Shown here piece after piece: positions 34,427 to 45,332 of a DNA stretch of 64,000 nt. Within the stretch, counting starts at the first letter, position 1. Every line of letters starts with the position of its first letter. The notes under the pieces were generated by a model. The model made no database searches. It was not told where the DNA came from and was given only the letters and a program-made list of their open reading frames with translations. A program made the translations under genes and the position numbers. This stretch comes from Laetmonice hystrix (Eukaryota): NCBI GenBank assembly GCA_965235115.1, contig OZ249438.1, forward strand, positions 12,400,001 to 12,464,000, in the 5' to 3' direction.

Positions 34427-36932
34427 ATGGCCTGTGCTAGATATGAACACGAACATTGTGAAAACAACGTCAACGACATGGTGTCAGCCAAGTGTCACTC
34501 AGGGACAACCAACTACCGCCGGGGGTTACGGACAGTGTGCATGTACTATGGGTTTATATGTCTGGTAAGTGACTAACTCATCCAGTACCAGGAGTATGAG
34601 GTTCGGGTATACGTGCCCTGACCTGCCAGTGACATGATTAATGGATCATTTTGATAGTCATTCTCTTCTAATCATCTAAATCTGTCGTAAGGCCCTTCCC
34701 TATCTCATTGTCTCGGGTCGGACCTAGTTTAAAATGTGTCGTATGGTGTCCAGGACTATCTGTATAGGAACTGCTCCTACTTCTTTTCAATTTGGGATGC
34801 TGATTTTCTTGACAGTACCTATTTAATTCTCATACTGTATTAGGCCAATGGACAAACAAAGTATTTATAGGTTCCAATGCATGATGGGAACATATTAAAT
34901 GAGTAGGCCCCCTAGATAAATAGTAATACATAATTTTTGTAACAGTACTTTATTAAAGTTAATAATTTAAAGAAATATATTTAATACTAACCACTGTGTC
35001 TAATAATAATAATACGTACAGAGGATTAATTAATGTCAATACTCATTGCCAGTACTCATTTTCTCTGCGTGAGTATCCATGCAATAATACATTGACCTTG
35101 ACGGACACTTGTTACATTATATACACAGGGGATGATGGCTACCATTCTCGGTCCGACTCTGGCCGACATGGAAGTTCTCCTAGATACCGACACTACTGCT
35201 GTGGGGACGGCATTCACCTCCAATGGTCTGGGTTACCTGGCGGGGTCGGCCATCGCCGGCCTCACCTACGACCTCCTCCCGCCCGAGCCACAGTTAGCGG
35301 TCGCCGTACTCCTGGCAGCTGGAGCCACCGCTGCTGCTCCAGTCGTTGGTGGACTGGTCGGGTTCGTGGCCGCCATGGCCGTGCAGGGGGTCGGCATGGC
35401 ATACGTAGAGACTGGTAAGTGCAAACACGGTTTACTCAAAACGTCTGTGAAACGTTTTATTATATACATTAAATATAATGTTGACTACTACAGCTGGGAA
35501 GGTGTTGTAAGGAAGATCAGTCCAAGTCAGCCGCATCGGCGAAAGGGCATCAAAAATGGGACCGGGGGCACTTTACCTTGGAACATTGACCTAGAATACT
35601 GTCCAGATATCTGGTATTCAGTGATCTCTAAAGGTCGCAGCACTTGGCCTAAAGCCTATTTTCAAATGCAGTGACATAATTTGTTGCAGGACAAAAAGGA
35701 GGCCTACTAACCAAATGTCCGGCCAAGCCCCCACTATATAACGAACTTGAGAGTTTGGGAGGAGGGGGGGGGGGGGCTTGAATTGTTTGCCTTATTCTTT
35801 CCTTGTTTTGTAGCCTATGTTTTAAATTGCAGGCACCCAGGCGTTCTGCCTGTCCGTATGGAGGGAGCACCGTTACAAGAACTCGGTTGTCCAAGGTCTG
35901 TTTGTGCTGTGGTCGGCAGGGTCAACATTGGGCCCTCTCATACTGCAGGCCTTCCTCGACCCCCACGTGGTCCACCAACCGGATACGGTGACCCCATTTC
36001 AAGCCTCGTGTTCGTTCAATGGTTCCGACCGCCATCATCCGCCAACAGCCAATCCAAACGTGACGTCAGCAAACATTTCACGTCACGTGTTGCGAACCTA
36101 TGACGCACAGTACAAAACGTCATCCAATGTTGAGATGGGATACCTCGCTATGGGACTGTTGTGTATTCCCTGCGCTCTGCTATACCTCGCCACGTATTGT
36201 GCTTTTCACAATAAAAGTCAGAAACGGCCCTCTACGTCCAAAATGGCGAAAGAAAAACGAGGCAAAAAGTACTTCTGCCGTGAACTCGTAATAATCGCTC
36301 TACTTTTCTGTTTCTTCACGTTGTACGTGGCGCAGGAAGTGACGTATGGCGGATACGTGTTTTTGTACGTCACGCGCGCTCTGTGCTGGAGCAACGCGCA
36401 CGGCGCCATGCTGACGTCACTGTTCTGGGCAGCCGTCGGCATTGGTCGGATTCTAAGCGTTCCCTTCTCCGTGTGGTTGGTCCCTATCCAGATGGTCATC
36501 TGTGATTTGGTCCTTGTGTTTTCTGGACTGCTGGTCCTACTTTTCTCAGCGCACCTACACGACGTGATACCATGGGTCGCGACGGCGCTGGCCGGACTTG
36601 GCATGTCAACTTTGTATCCTTCCGCCTATCTGTGGATCTCGCAGCGAGTGAAGGTAGCTGGGTTTGCCACGGGAGTGTTCCTTGTCGGTGGTTCCATGGG
36701 AGCCATGGTTGTCCCACCAGTCACGGGAACACTGCTTCAGAACTGGACGCCATTCTCGTTCGGCTATATGATGTTTGGTGTGAGCACTACAGCGACTGTG
36801 TTGTTTTTAATCGCCTTTTGTTACGAACGTAGATTTATTTCGACACAACACAGTAAAGTAAGTGAATGTTTGAAAGAGGAGGATGTTAAAAACGCAAAGA
36901 AACTTATGTCGGACAATGTTCATATGATCTAG
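34427..36932 (+). CDS. Major facilitator superfamily transporter, MFSD4-like (sodium-dependent glucose transporter 1-like), 3 exons, ~507 aa
   Basis: Exons 34427-34564, 35129-35414 and 35833-36932 are GT-AG and in phase. Motifs: TVCMYYGFICL|GMMATILGPTLADM, GMAYVETG, WSAGSTLGPLI, FFTLYVAQEVTYGGYVFLY, LFWAAVGIGRILS, GMSTLYPS. About 12 hydrophobic segments; AATAAA at 37096. Start codon choice (34427 vs 34478) is uncertain. Confidence 0.88.
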
Positions 36933-38425
36933 TCATCGTCTTATCCTTATACATATAAATTGAGGCGTCTATGTGTCGAAGAGAATATGTAGGCCTATAT
37001 AAAATTTAGTACAAGTATTGTTTGTTAGTTTCCTTATTGATTTAGGCCTACATTAAATATGATTTATTTATATGGTAAGCACGTAAAACCCTTACAATAA
37101 AGGTTGTTTACTTGTCCTAACGTTATTGTTTATTGAGAGGGGGGTTATGTGTTCTCATTATGGTCCGGTGTCAATAGACTATATACTCTCTCCCGCTAGA
37201 GTGGAAACAATGCCGGTGTCATGGTTACTGGCGATAACATCTCAGTTTTGATTCACAGCCAACCGAAATCTTGTAGAGTTGAAAGTTCCCTTCACATTGT
37301 GTTCAGGGGTAGGTAACAAAGCAAGTCAGCTACAAACGCTCCTTACCCCCCCCCCCCCGCCCCCTCAGTCACTGCTCAGTGGAGCTGGGGTTACAGAAAA
37401 ATGACGTAAAGATTAAAAGTTCCTTTCGATAGCTATTAAACGTTCATTTTTTATAGCAAATAAGCTTTGGGATACATTTAGGAATAGCTTGCGCAATCCA
37501 ACGGTCAATGGCAAAATAATCTATTGAGGAATTTTTTATTGATTGAGCTGTGCTGTCTGCCCGGCCAAGTTCAGTATCGATTGGCATGCAGCGAGGAAGC
37601 CTAGCGACCGGCATTGTTTGGGTCAGGTTGTAAATTATCTCAATCTATTGCCATGCAACCTTTTCAACATAAGGCAACGACGAACCCGCAATCTATAACT
37701 GACAATACTATACCACGTTATACCATCCACATTCAAACATTATGTGTTGTCTACATCATAATGTGGGCGGTATACCACCAGCTTGATGTCAAGGAAAAAT
37801 TCCCAGCAGGAAGCAGGTAATCCAATGACGCATACAGCCACCATTCGTCAGCAATCCAATTTTCAGCGGGTTGTTGTGTAAACGGATCGATTAACTTTAT
37901 TAAAAATGTATAAGGTCCCGGACACAGCAAAAGGAACGAAAGAATCCATAATGTGTGGCAGTTTCTTCCGGGGAAATTTTTACGGAGTCAGAGTGTGGTT
38001 GGGGATTCCGGTGATGGTGAACGTTGAGGCTGGGATAGAGCAGAATTATCCATACGTTCCCGGATGTGAGGATATTCAGAATGGATTACCCCAACGGACG
38101 GGTGATTACTGCTCCATGGGACCTGGTGGTCAGTAACCTTTAGCCGTGTCTGTGTGGTTTATATAGGACTAAACACAAAGAACTCATCAAAACGACGACC
38201 AGTCATCTGTGACAATCGTTCAGCTTCATAGCTTCCGGGGACAATAATCCTCGGACCATAATTTGGTTGAATTTCGGTAACTTTTGGTTACAAGACGTAT
38301 CATCATCAATGGATCGATCCCCTGTTAAAACATTAAGGCAAGTTTGCAAGTCGCAAGATTTCATTATACAGAGGAAGCATTGAAAACTGTGGTTAAGAAC
38401 ATTGAAGACATTGTAAATATCAGAC

Positions 38426-40243
38426 ATGGCGAGGGGTGGTCAAAGTGATAACAGGGTTCGCCCGATAGACCTGAGATCAGTCGAGATTCGTCAGGACTAC
38501 GTCCTCTCCATGGCCTGTTACGACGACTACTTCCAGGCCATACGAATGGACAACGACCGACTCTTCAAGATGTCGCTAGCCGTCGGCAACACGGACGTCA
38601 TGCTCAACGGCATATTCAGCTTTACCTACGGGAGATGGGAATCATCTGTGAGGTTTTCCGTCGACCGTCCGTTCTGCCTTGCTGCAGTATGCAGTTCGCT
38701 CAACGTCTTGGAGCAAATGCTGAAATTTGGCGCCAAAGTCCGTGTGCAGACGACACACGGACATAACGCCCTCCACGCCGTCATTCAAGCCGCGGCCATT
38801 GACGAATCCCTAGAGAAAGAACTCATTGTGGTCTGTGCATTCTTGGCGAGGAATCTGGAGCCAGATGATTGGAAGGCATTGCTTGAAGCGGAAGAAAGAG
38901 GCGGGATGCGACCCTTGGAGTATGCGGCAAAGAAGGGCACGTTAGGAATCTTTCACCAACTTTTCAGAACGAGTACAAACATCATGGAGTTCAGTCGACT
39001 TGGGACGAACTTTCTTGCATCATATGATCTTTCCGATTACGAATCTTACAGCCAAGGGCACAGACATAACAAATCGCCGTTACTGTCTCTGGCGCGATTG
39101 GCTAAGGGGAAGGAATCCAACGTGTATGCCAGCGAGTTATTTACGGATCCAACCATAGCGATCTGGATTCGCAACAAGGTGTTATGCAATGCTCCGTGGC
39201 TTGTACTATGGTTTTTTCTACGGGTAATATATGCGTTTCTCGTTATATACAGTTGGTTTGGCGTGTACGGATTTGGAGATTCTGGTGGCGAGGATGTCCC
39301 GAGTGATGGCACGGAGGATGAGAACGTCACTGGACTCTTACCGTTAAACTTACCCGACTGTATCAGCAACTGCCACAGTTTCCCATTCACACGAGCAAGC
39401 GCTTTGAAGGCCGCGCTCGCCCTTTCGGCTATTTCCTTTCTGGTTGATTTCATCGAGTCAGCGATTGTCCTATGGAACTATTGCCGACCTCGCCAGAGGT
39501 TCGTCAGGACACCCATTGTTCTTGGTGGCCTCAGCACAGCACTTGTCTACAGAACAGGTCATTTCTGTCTAACCGTCTGCGTTCCTGTCTATTATCTTTA
39601 CCTTTCCCGAGTCAGTAGAGAAACTCGTAGTCAGTACCAAATATACTATCTCTCGGTCGTCTATGCTACATGTGCATTATTCGTGTCAATATCATTTGGA
39701 TATTTTGTGCAACTTTTTCCAGTTATCGGCCACTTGCAAATGCTTTGTGCCCGTCTTTTGGCATTGACACTTAAAATGGTGTGTGTGTTTGTGATATATT
39801 TGACTTTCTATACGTTTGCGCTGGGATCTTTACTGAGACTGTATCAGACACCAGGAGACACAGGTAACAATCCGTCCTACGCAGCGTTCAAACTGCTGCT
39901 GAACCAGTACAGTCTGGATGAGGTCACCACAAACGGCGGCCATATGCTCGTGTTTTTCCACGTTACGTTCTACTGCGTGACGACATTTCTCCTGCTGCAC
40001 TTTTCCATCGGAATCGTCGTGAACGCTGTGACGTCACTGGTTCATGTGCTGAACGTCATCACGAGTGTGGAACTACTGAACGCTGCGTGCCTGGTCGAGA
40101 CGCGCGTGAGCTGGCTCCTGGGGAAACTTTACGGACCCCTTCAGCAGCTGGTTTATACTCTCGAAGGTGGCCGCGTCTTTCTGAATGTTTTAGTTCCCGA
40201 CGCAGGTCTTCCCAAGGAATTTATGTCCTGGATGTATAAGTAA
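38426..40243 (+). CDS. Intronless ankyrin-repeat + six-transmembrane protein, divergent TRPV/TRPV-like cation channel, 605 aa
   Basis: Ankyrin-type motifs GHNALHAVI and GMRPLEYAAKKGTLGIFHQLF; linker YDLSDYE...KSPL; six hydrophobic segments including the S4-S5-like YFVQLFPVIGHLQ; pore-helix-like SYAAFKLLLN; S6-like FHVTFYCVTTFLLLHFSIGIV. Confidence 0.78.
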   Translation: MARGGQSDNRVRPIDLRSVEIRQDYVLSMACYDDYFQAIRMDNDRLFKMSLAVGNTDVMLNGIFSFTYGRWESSVRFSVDRPFCLAAVCSSLNVLEQMLKFGAKVRVQTTHGHNALHAVIQAAAIDESLEKELIVVCAFLARNLEPDDWKALLEAEERGGMRPLEYAAKKGTLGIFHQLFRTSTNIMEFSRLGTNFLASYDLSDYESYSQGHRHNKSPLLSLARLAKGKESNVYASELFTDPTIAIWIRNKVLCNAPWLVLWFFLRVIYAFLVIYSWFGVYGFGDSGGEDVPSDGTEDENVTGLLPLNLPDCISNCHSFPFTRASALKAALALSAISFLVDFIESAIVLWNYCRPRQRFVRTPIVLGGLSTALVYRTGHFCLTVCVPVYYLYLSRVSRETRSQYQIYYLSVVYATCALFVSISFGYFVQLFPVIGHLQMLCARLLALTLKMVCVFVIYLTFYTFALGSLLRLYQTPGDTGNNPSYAAFKLLLNQYSLDEVTTNGGHMLVFFHVTFYCVTTFLLLHFSIGIVVNAVTSLVHVLNVITSVELLNAACLVETRVSWLLGKLYGPLQQLVYTLEGGRVFLNVLVPDAGLPKEFMSWMYK

Positions 40244-42604
40244 TTTGCTTTCCAGATCGACCGTTAACCGCGCCATGCACACAGCCCCTTGCCCTCAAAC
40301 ATGAACGACCTGGCCGTTGCATGAGCGGCATAAATTCTATTTCAGGGTCGACAGCCCACTAAAACTAGGCTGTCCCAAGAGCTTTGCCATGTTTGCTTTT
40401 TGGGTTCACTTATTTTAGACTTTGCATCTCCATTTATCGCTGTGATTATATATTAAGCCACCTTTGAGGATGAAGGTTTAATACAGGTTAACTAGCTTGA
40501 TGAATAGTTTAACTCAAGCAGGCTTGCAGGCCAGTGCTAACGAGTGGAGTGTCTCACTGTAATGTTTAAAGTAATCATTACTGAAGCATAATGCATTTTT
40601 TTGCGACCGAGTCCAAATGATACATTGTTTCAGCAGTCACATGCAGCAGTGTGGTAAAATGAATATTGCATGACGGAGCGAGATCGACAGATACCAAGCC
40701 GTATATGCACTCGACCACGCCTCGAGCACAACAATCGTGCCATGCAAACCTCCTGACCTTGCGCTGTCATGCAATATACCAGCTTTGAAAGTTCACCGTG
40801 TATCTCCCATGGACTTGAACGAGTTCAACGCCATCCATGTGTGTATTTCAATCATCCTAGTGATCGTATGTGATAATGAACAGAACACAAATCCACCAGT
40901 TCACTGTTAGTTAAACTGTATTATATAGTGTTAAACAGTACCCAGACCCATCGACACGTGTAAGAGATTGGTATAACGATGGATGCGGTCCACAGGCACA
41001 TGTGTGCAGACGTGCTTTAGTTTACGTAAACAATATAAAAAGTAACTTGCGCGCCAGTAACATCTGTATTGGATGGTGTCATCTATACAGCAGTTCACAT
41101 TACATAAAGAGCGCGTATTATAAAGACTGAACTATAAGAGAATTTTATTTGTTATATAAGTCAAACTATGAAACTTTTCTACTGTTATGTCATTGTCTTT
41201 ATGTTATATAACGTTTCTAAGATAGCCTTTCACTCCCTGGGTTGCATCAGAAAAGAAAAGAAAATATGAAATTCATATTTTTACCATTTTTTCTCAAAAT
41301 GTTGGACCGGAGTAATAGATATGGCCTTGTTGTAATGTATTAGAAGAAAGATCTAAGTCAGGAGCTGACCTGAAGAACATCGATCGTCCCGTGAGATTGT
41401 AAAATGATAACGTCTAATATACATCAGGCGTAACGTGCAGCCTTCGCTCATTTTTAGCCATGTGCGAGCTTTCACCCTACAGGTAAACATTCGAATCGGT
41501 TTGCGGTGTTTTTCTCGTCAATATCCACAATTATCACGTGCAAGTCATCCACACACGAGGCAGATATAGAGGGAGGGTTTGGAGGGAGGGGGTGGAGTTT
41601 TACCCACGTGGGAAACATGAACACCACGACCGCCTGGCATTGGGAGGCGGTCCGAGTGCGAGCCGTTATCTACGAGGCATATTGCCGAATAATTCCCTGC
41701 TGCGATGTTGCTTTCATCTGCTGGGCGTAATAAGAAAACCATCAACGACCAGGGAGGCATCTCTCCATATTTCTTCAAGTCGTCCCAACGCTGCAATTTG
41801 GCGTGTCGCACCCCTTGCCCTGGCCTTGCAGGAGGCTGGTGCTTTCATTGGCGTGACTGCATTCTTGTCCTGAGGTCGATGGAAACCGACACTTGCATAA
41901 TACGCACTGCGCCTGCATGTGCTCCAGGATCACTTCCATGGCCTTTGGGGATCGCAAGTTCAATGCAACATGTAAATGTACATAGAGCCCAGCAGCAAGT
42001 ATTGTTAAAACGCACTCGTCCCTCTGCAGCACCCAGACGTGTAAATTGGCCGTGAGACGAGCAGGTTTGAGGAGTTTTGATAGGAAGGCCGGGTTGACGC
42101 CGCGGTGGGCCGGCAGTGGGCCGACGGTATGCCGATGGGCCTTCCAGACGTGCCCGCCCGCCTGCACCGCTATTCCCCCAACACATGTCTTTCATAGTTG
42201 GTCTCTATCAGGCCGCCCTGCCAAATGCTAGGGGGTGATGGCTTGAGACGACCGAGAGGTACAGAATCGGCGGGCCACGCCAACGACTGCCAGCCGATAC
42301 ACCTTCAAACATGTCGACGGTATCTCAAGGACGTCAGGCTCGCGTACGATTCGCGCCGATGTGCGCTTCGGGCGTGGTTGTCATTGTTCTGCCGCAATCC
42401 ATCAGGGGGCGCTGTCGGCCGCTGCCACCTCGTCGATGCATCATCACCTCTGGGTCCGACATCCACACCAAACAACCCATCTCCTTCTTGCTTTCTTACA
42501 TCCTACGGTCCCCCAACACTCAGCCCCTTCATCTGCATCTATAGGTCTACACCATTAGTGTGCGCCCATTGTATTTCCTGATGGGCTATAGGCCTAGCTG
42601 TCCT

Positions 42605-42758
42605 CAGGGGCGGATCCAGGGGTGGGGCACGCCTCCCTTTTTCATTGAAACAAATGGATTAAATAAGAAGATTATAGACTGCACGCAGCAGACCACGCTG
42701 CTAGTTCACCACTCAGACCCCAACCCCCTTCCTTTCCAAAATCCTGAATCAGCCCCTG
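42605..42758. mobile_element. MITE of the CAGGGGCGGATCCAGG family
   Basis: CAGGGGCGGATCCAGG...CCTGAATCAGCCCCTG; TIRs match at 14/16. Confidence 0.65.
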
Positions 42759-42964
42759 GTCATAACTTGCTAACAAACTCTATGCCCCCCCCCCTGTTCT
42801 TTTTACATATAAACGCCTCTGATTGCCTGGAGCCAATCGGAAACCTTAAGCAAGAACTTAAGCTTTCGAAAAAAACCTAGGCCTAATAATTGCGCAGTAT
42901 TATGGGTAATATTTAAACGTCCCCCTAGACGCACTGCATTAATTTTGTGCGACAACATTTTTCC

Positions 42965-43097
42965 CGTTCGTAAAAACTTAAGATCTTGCTGAAGCTTAAC
43001 TAAGCTTAACGCTTTTGATTGGTTGCTCTAATCAGTCCCGCCAATCAAAAGCGTTAAGCTTAAGCACGATCTTGAGTTTTTTTACGAACTGGGCCCC
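42965..43097. mobile_element. Partial palindromic MITE
   Basis: GTTCGTAAAAACTTAAGATC...TAAGCTTAACGCTTTTGATTGG is mirrored by CCAATCAAAAGCGTTAAGCTTA...GATCTTGAGTTTTTTACGAAC. Confidence 0.6.
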
Positions 43098-43847
43098 GGT
43101 ACTAAAAATACCCATGGACTATAAGAGGTTTCTTAGAAATGGACACCTGCGTGTGCTGTTGACGACTGTTGACACGTGCACGTGCCAAGGACATTGCTGA
43201 GATAATGAGGTGAACAACAACCGTCTGTCAGGTCTCACTGAGGGCTCACTCTCATCCAACTCACTCTGCTATTTTCACAAACAGCATTACACGGCCCGAC
43301 AAACGTCAAAACTAGCCCAGGTGTGCGCTGTCGGGTTGTTTATGACCCAGTCTGGCCATTGCAGAAGACATCCGTCAACGGCGGTGCACGTGGACGGACG
43401 TGTTTGGTATAGGGCTTCCGTTAGTGCAGGAAAGTCTGTCTGTGTATTTTCCGATCTTGGTATTTAGAGAGTACTAGCATCCTATAGTTTAAAAATTACG
43501 AGGGGAAAACTGAACAGGCGCTGTGGGAGGCACAATGGAGGTGAGTAGGGAGCTACATGTCCGGTTTGACCTTGTGATGAAAGAGAGAGAGAAAATGATA
43601 CCATGAAAAAGGTCATGGTTCAATGCAGAATCAACGGAGACTATAATAGCCTGCACCAGTGAATTCTCAAAAAATCTCAAAATATTCTAATCACGCTGTA
43701 TTGTGTATTGCACATAAATTACAACGTAAATCTCAGGTTACTGAGTGGTGTCCATGTGGGGCTAACCTGTTCTCAGCACGCGGCCGACGTATAGGGTGGT
43801 TAATCAATTGGTGTTACTGACTGCATGGCCCATCACTTAGCAATGAA

Positions 43848-44815
43848 CCCACTGGCCCATCACTTGGTGGCCGCACCCACTGGCCCATCACTTGGTGGCC
43901 GCACCCACTGGCCCATCACTTGGTGGCCGCACCCACTGGCCCATCACTTGGTGGCCGCACCCACTGGCCCATCACTTGGTGGCCGCACCCACTGGCCCAT
44001 CACTTGGTGGCCGCACCCACTGGCCGATCACTTGGTGGCCGCACCCACTGGCCCATCACTTGGTGGCCGCACCCACTGGCCCATCACTTGGTGGCCGCAC
44101 CCACTGGCCCATCACTTGGTGGCCGCACCCACTGGCCGATCACTTGGTGGCCGCACCCACTGGCCCATCACTTGGTGGCCACACCCACTGGCCATCACTT
44201 GGTGGTCGCACCCACTGCCCCATCACTTGGTGGTCGCACCCACTGGCCCATCACTTGGTGGCCGCACCCACTGGCCCATCACTTGGTGGCCGCACCCACT
44301 GGCCCACCACTTGGTGGCCGCACCCACTGGCCCACCACTTGGTGGCCGCACCCACTGGCCCATCACTTGGTGGTCGCACCTACTGCCCCATCACTTTGTG
44401 GTCGCACCCACTGGCCCATCACTTGGTGGCCGCACCCACTGGCCCATCACTTGGTGGCCGCACCCATTGCCCCATCACTTGTGGTCGCACCCATTGCCCC
44501 ATCACTTGGTGGTCGCACCCATTGCCCCATCACTTGGCGGTCGCACCCATTGCCCCATGACTTGGTGGCCGCACCCATTGCCCCATCACATGGTGGCCGC
44601 ACCCACTGCCCCATCACTTGGTGGCCGCACCCACTGCCCCATCACTTGGTGGCCGCACCCACTGGCCCATCACCTGGTGGCCGCACCCATTGCCCCATGA
44701 CTTGGTGGTCACACCCATTGCCCCATAACTTGGTGGCCGCACCCACTGCCCCATAATTTGGTGGCCGCACCCATTGCCCCATAACTTGGTGGCCGCACCC
44801 ACTGCCCCATCACTT
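43848..44815. repeat. 28-bp minisatellite, ~35 copies, with a polarised variant gradient
   Basis: Unit CCCACTGGCCCATCACTTGGTGGCCGCA, shifting to CCCATTGCCCCATCAC variants in the 3' half. It explains the three overlapping long ORFs here. Confidence 0.96.
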
Positions 44816-45332
44816 GTCTTCATTATACCTACCGCCTATACTCACACAGCTAGTCGGTCCCTCACGTCGCCCGAATAAACACAACTGAAGAGAACGTATC
44901 CCTATTTTTATACAAAAGCATTATTTTGCCGTGGTCGCATATTGAGTGGAGGCGTACGACGTAGCCCCGATTTCTGCCAGGTGTTTCAGCACCTACAGAT
45001 GTCAGGGTGCGGGAGGGCTTGGAGCAATCAGAACTGCTTGATTCATCCTTGTGTATGAAATAATCACACACACGGCTATAGACTTCAACTCAGCATCCAG
45101 GAGCTATAGGGCATCATGCACACTGTCTCTCTCTCTCTTAAAGATAATTCTCGTCATAGGAACGGATCCAGGGTTTTGAAAAACGGAACTTCCAACAGGA
45201 AAAAATGGATCAATCTTGGATCGAGTAAGGAAAGAGATCTATTTGACCAGTGGCTGGTTAAATAACGGAGTTCTGAATGCTGACATAGCTAAATTGCAGA
45301 GGCATTTTCCAGAGGTCTTATAAAACCTCACT

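Noticed and set aside
38426-40243. Bacterial contamination or horizontal transfer to explain the intronless ORF
   Set aside because: The ankyrin + 6-TM TRP-like architecture is eukaryotic, and the flanks contain the same MITE-rich host sequence with no operon context.
41480-42530. Decayed LTR gag or DIRS tyrosine recombinase (QIAALGR fragment, Cys-rich ORFs)
   Set aside because: There are only isolated short resemblances in different frames, with no catalytic motif series, LTRs or PBS.
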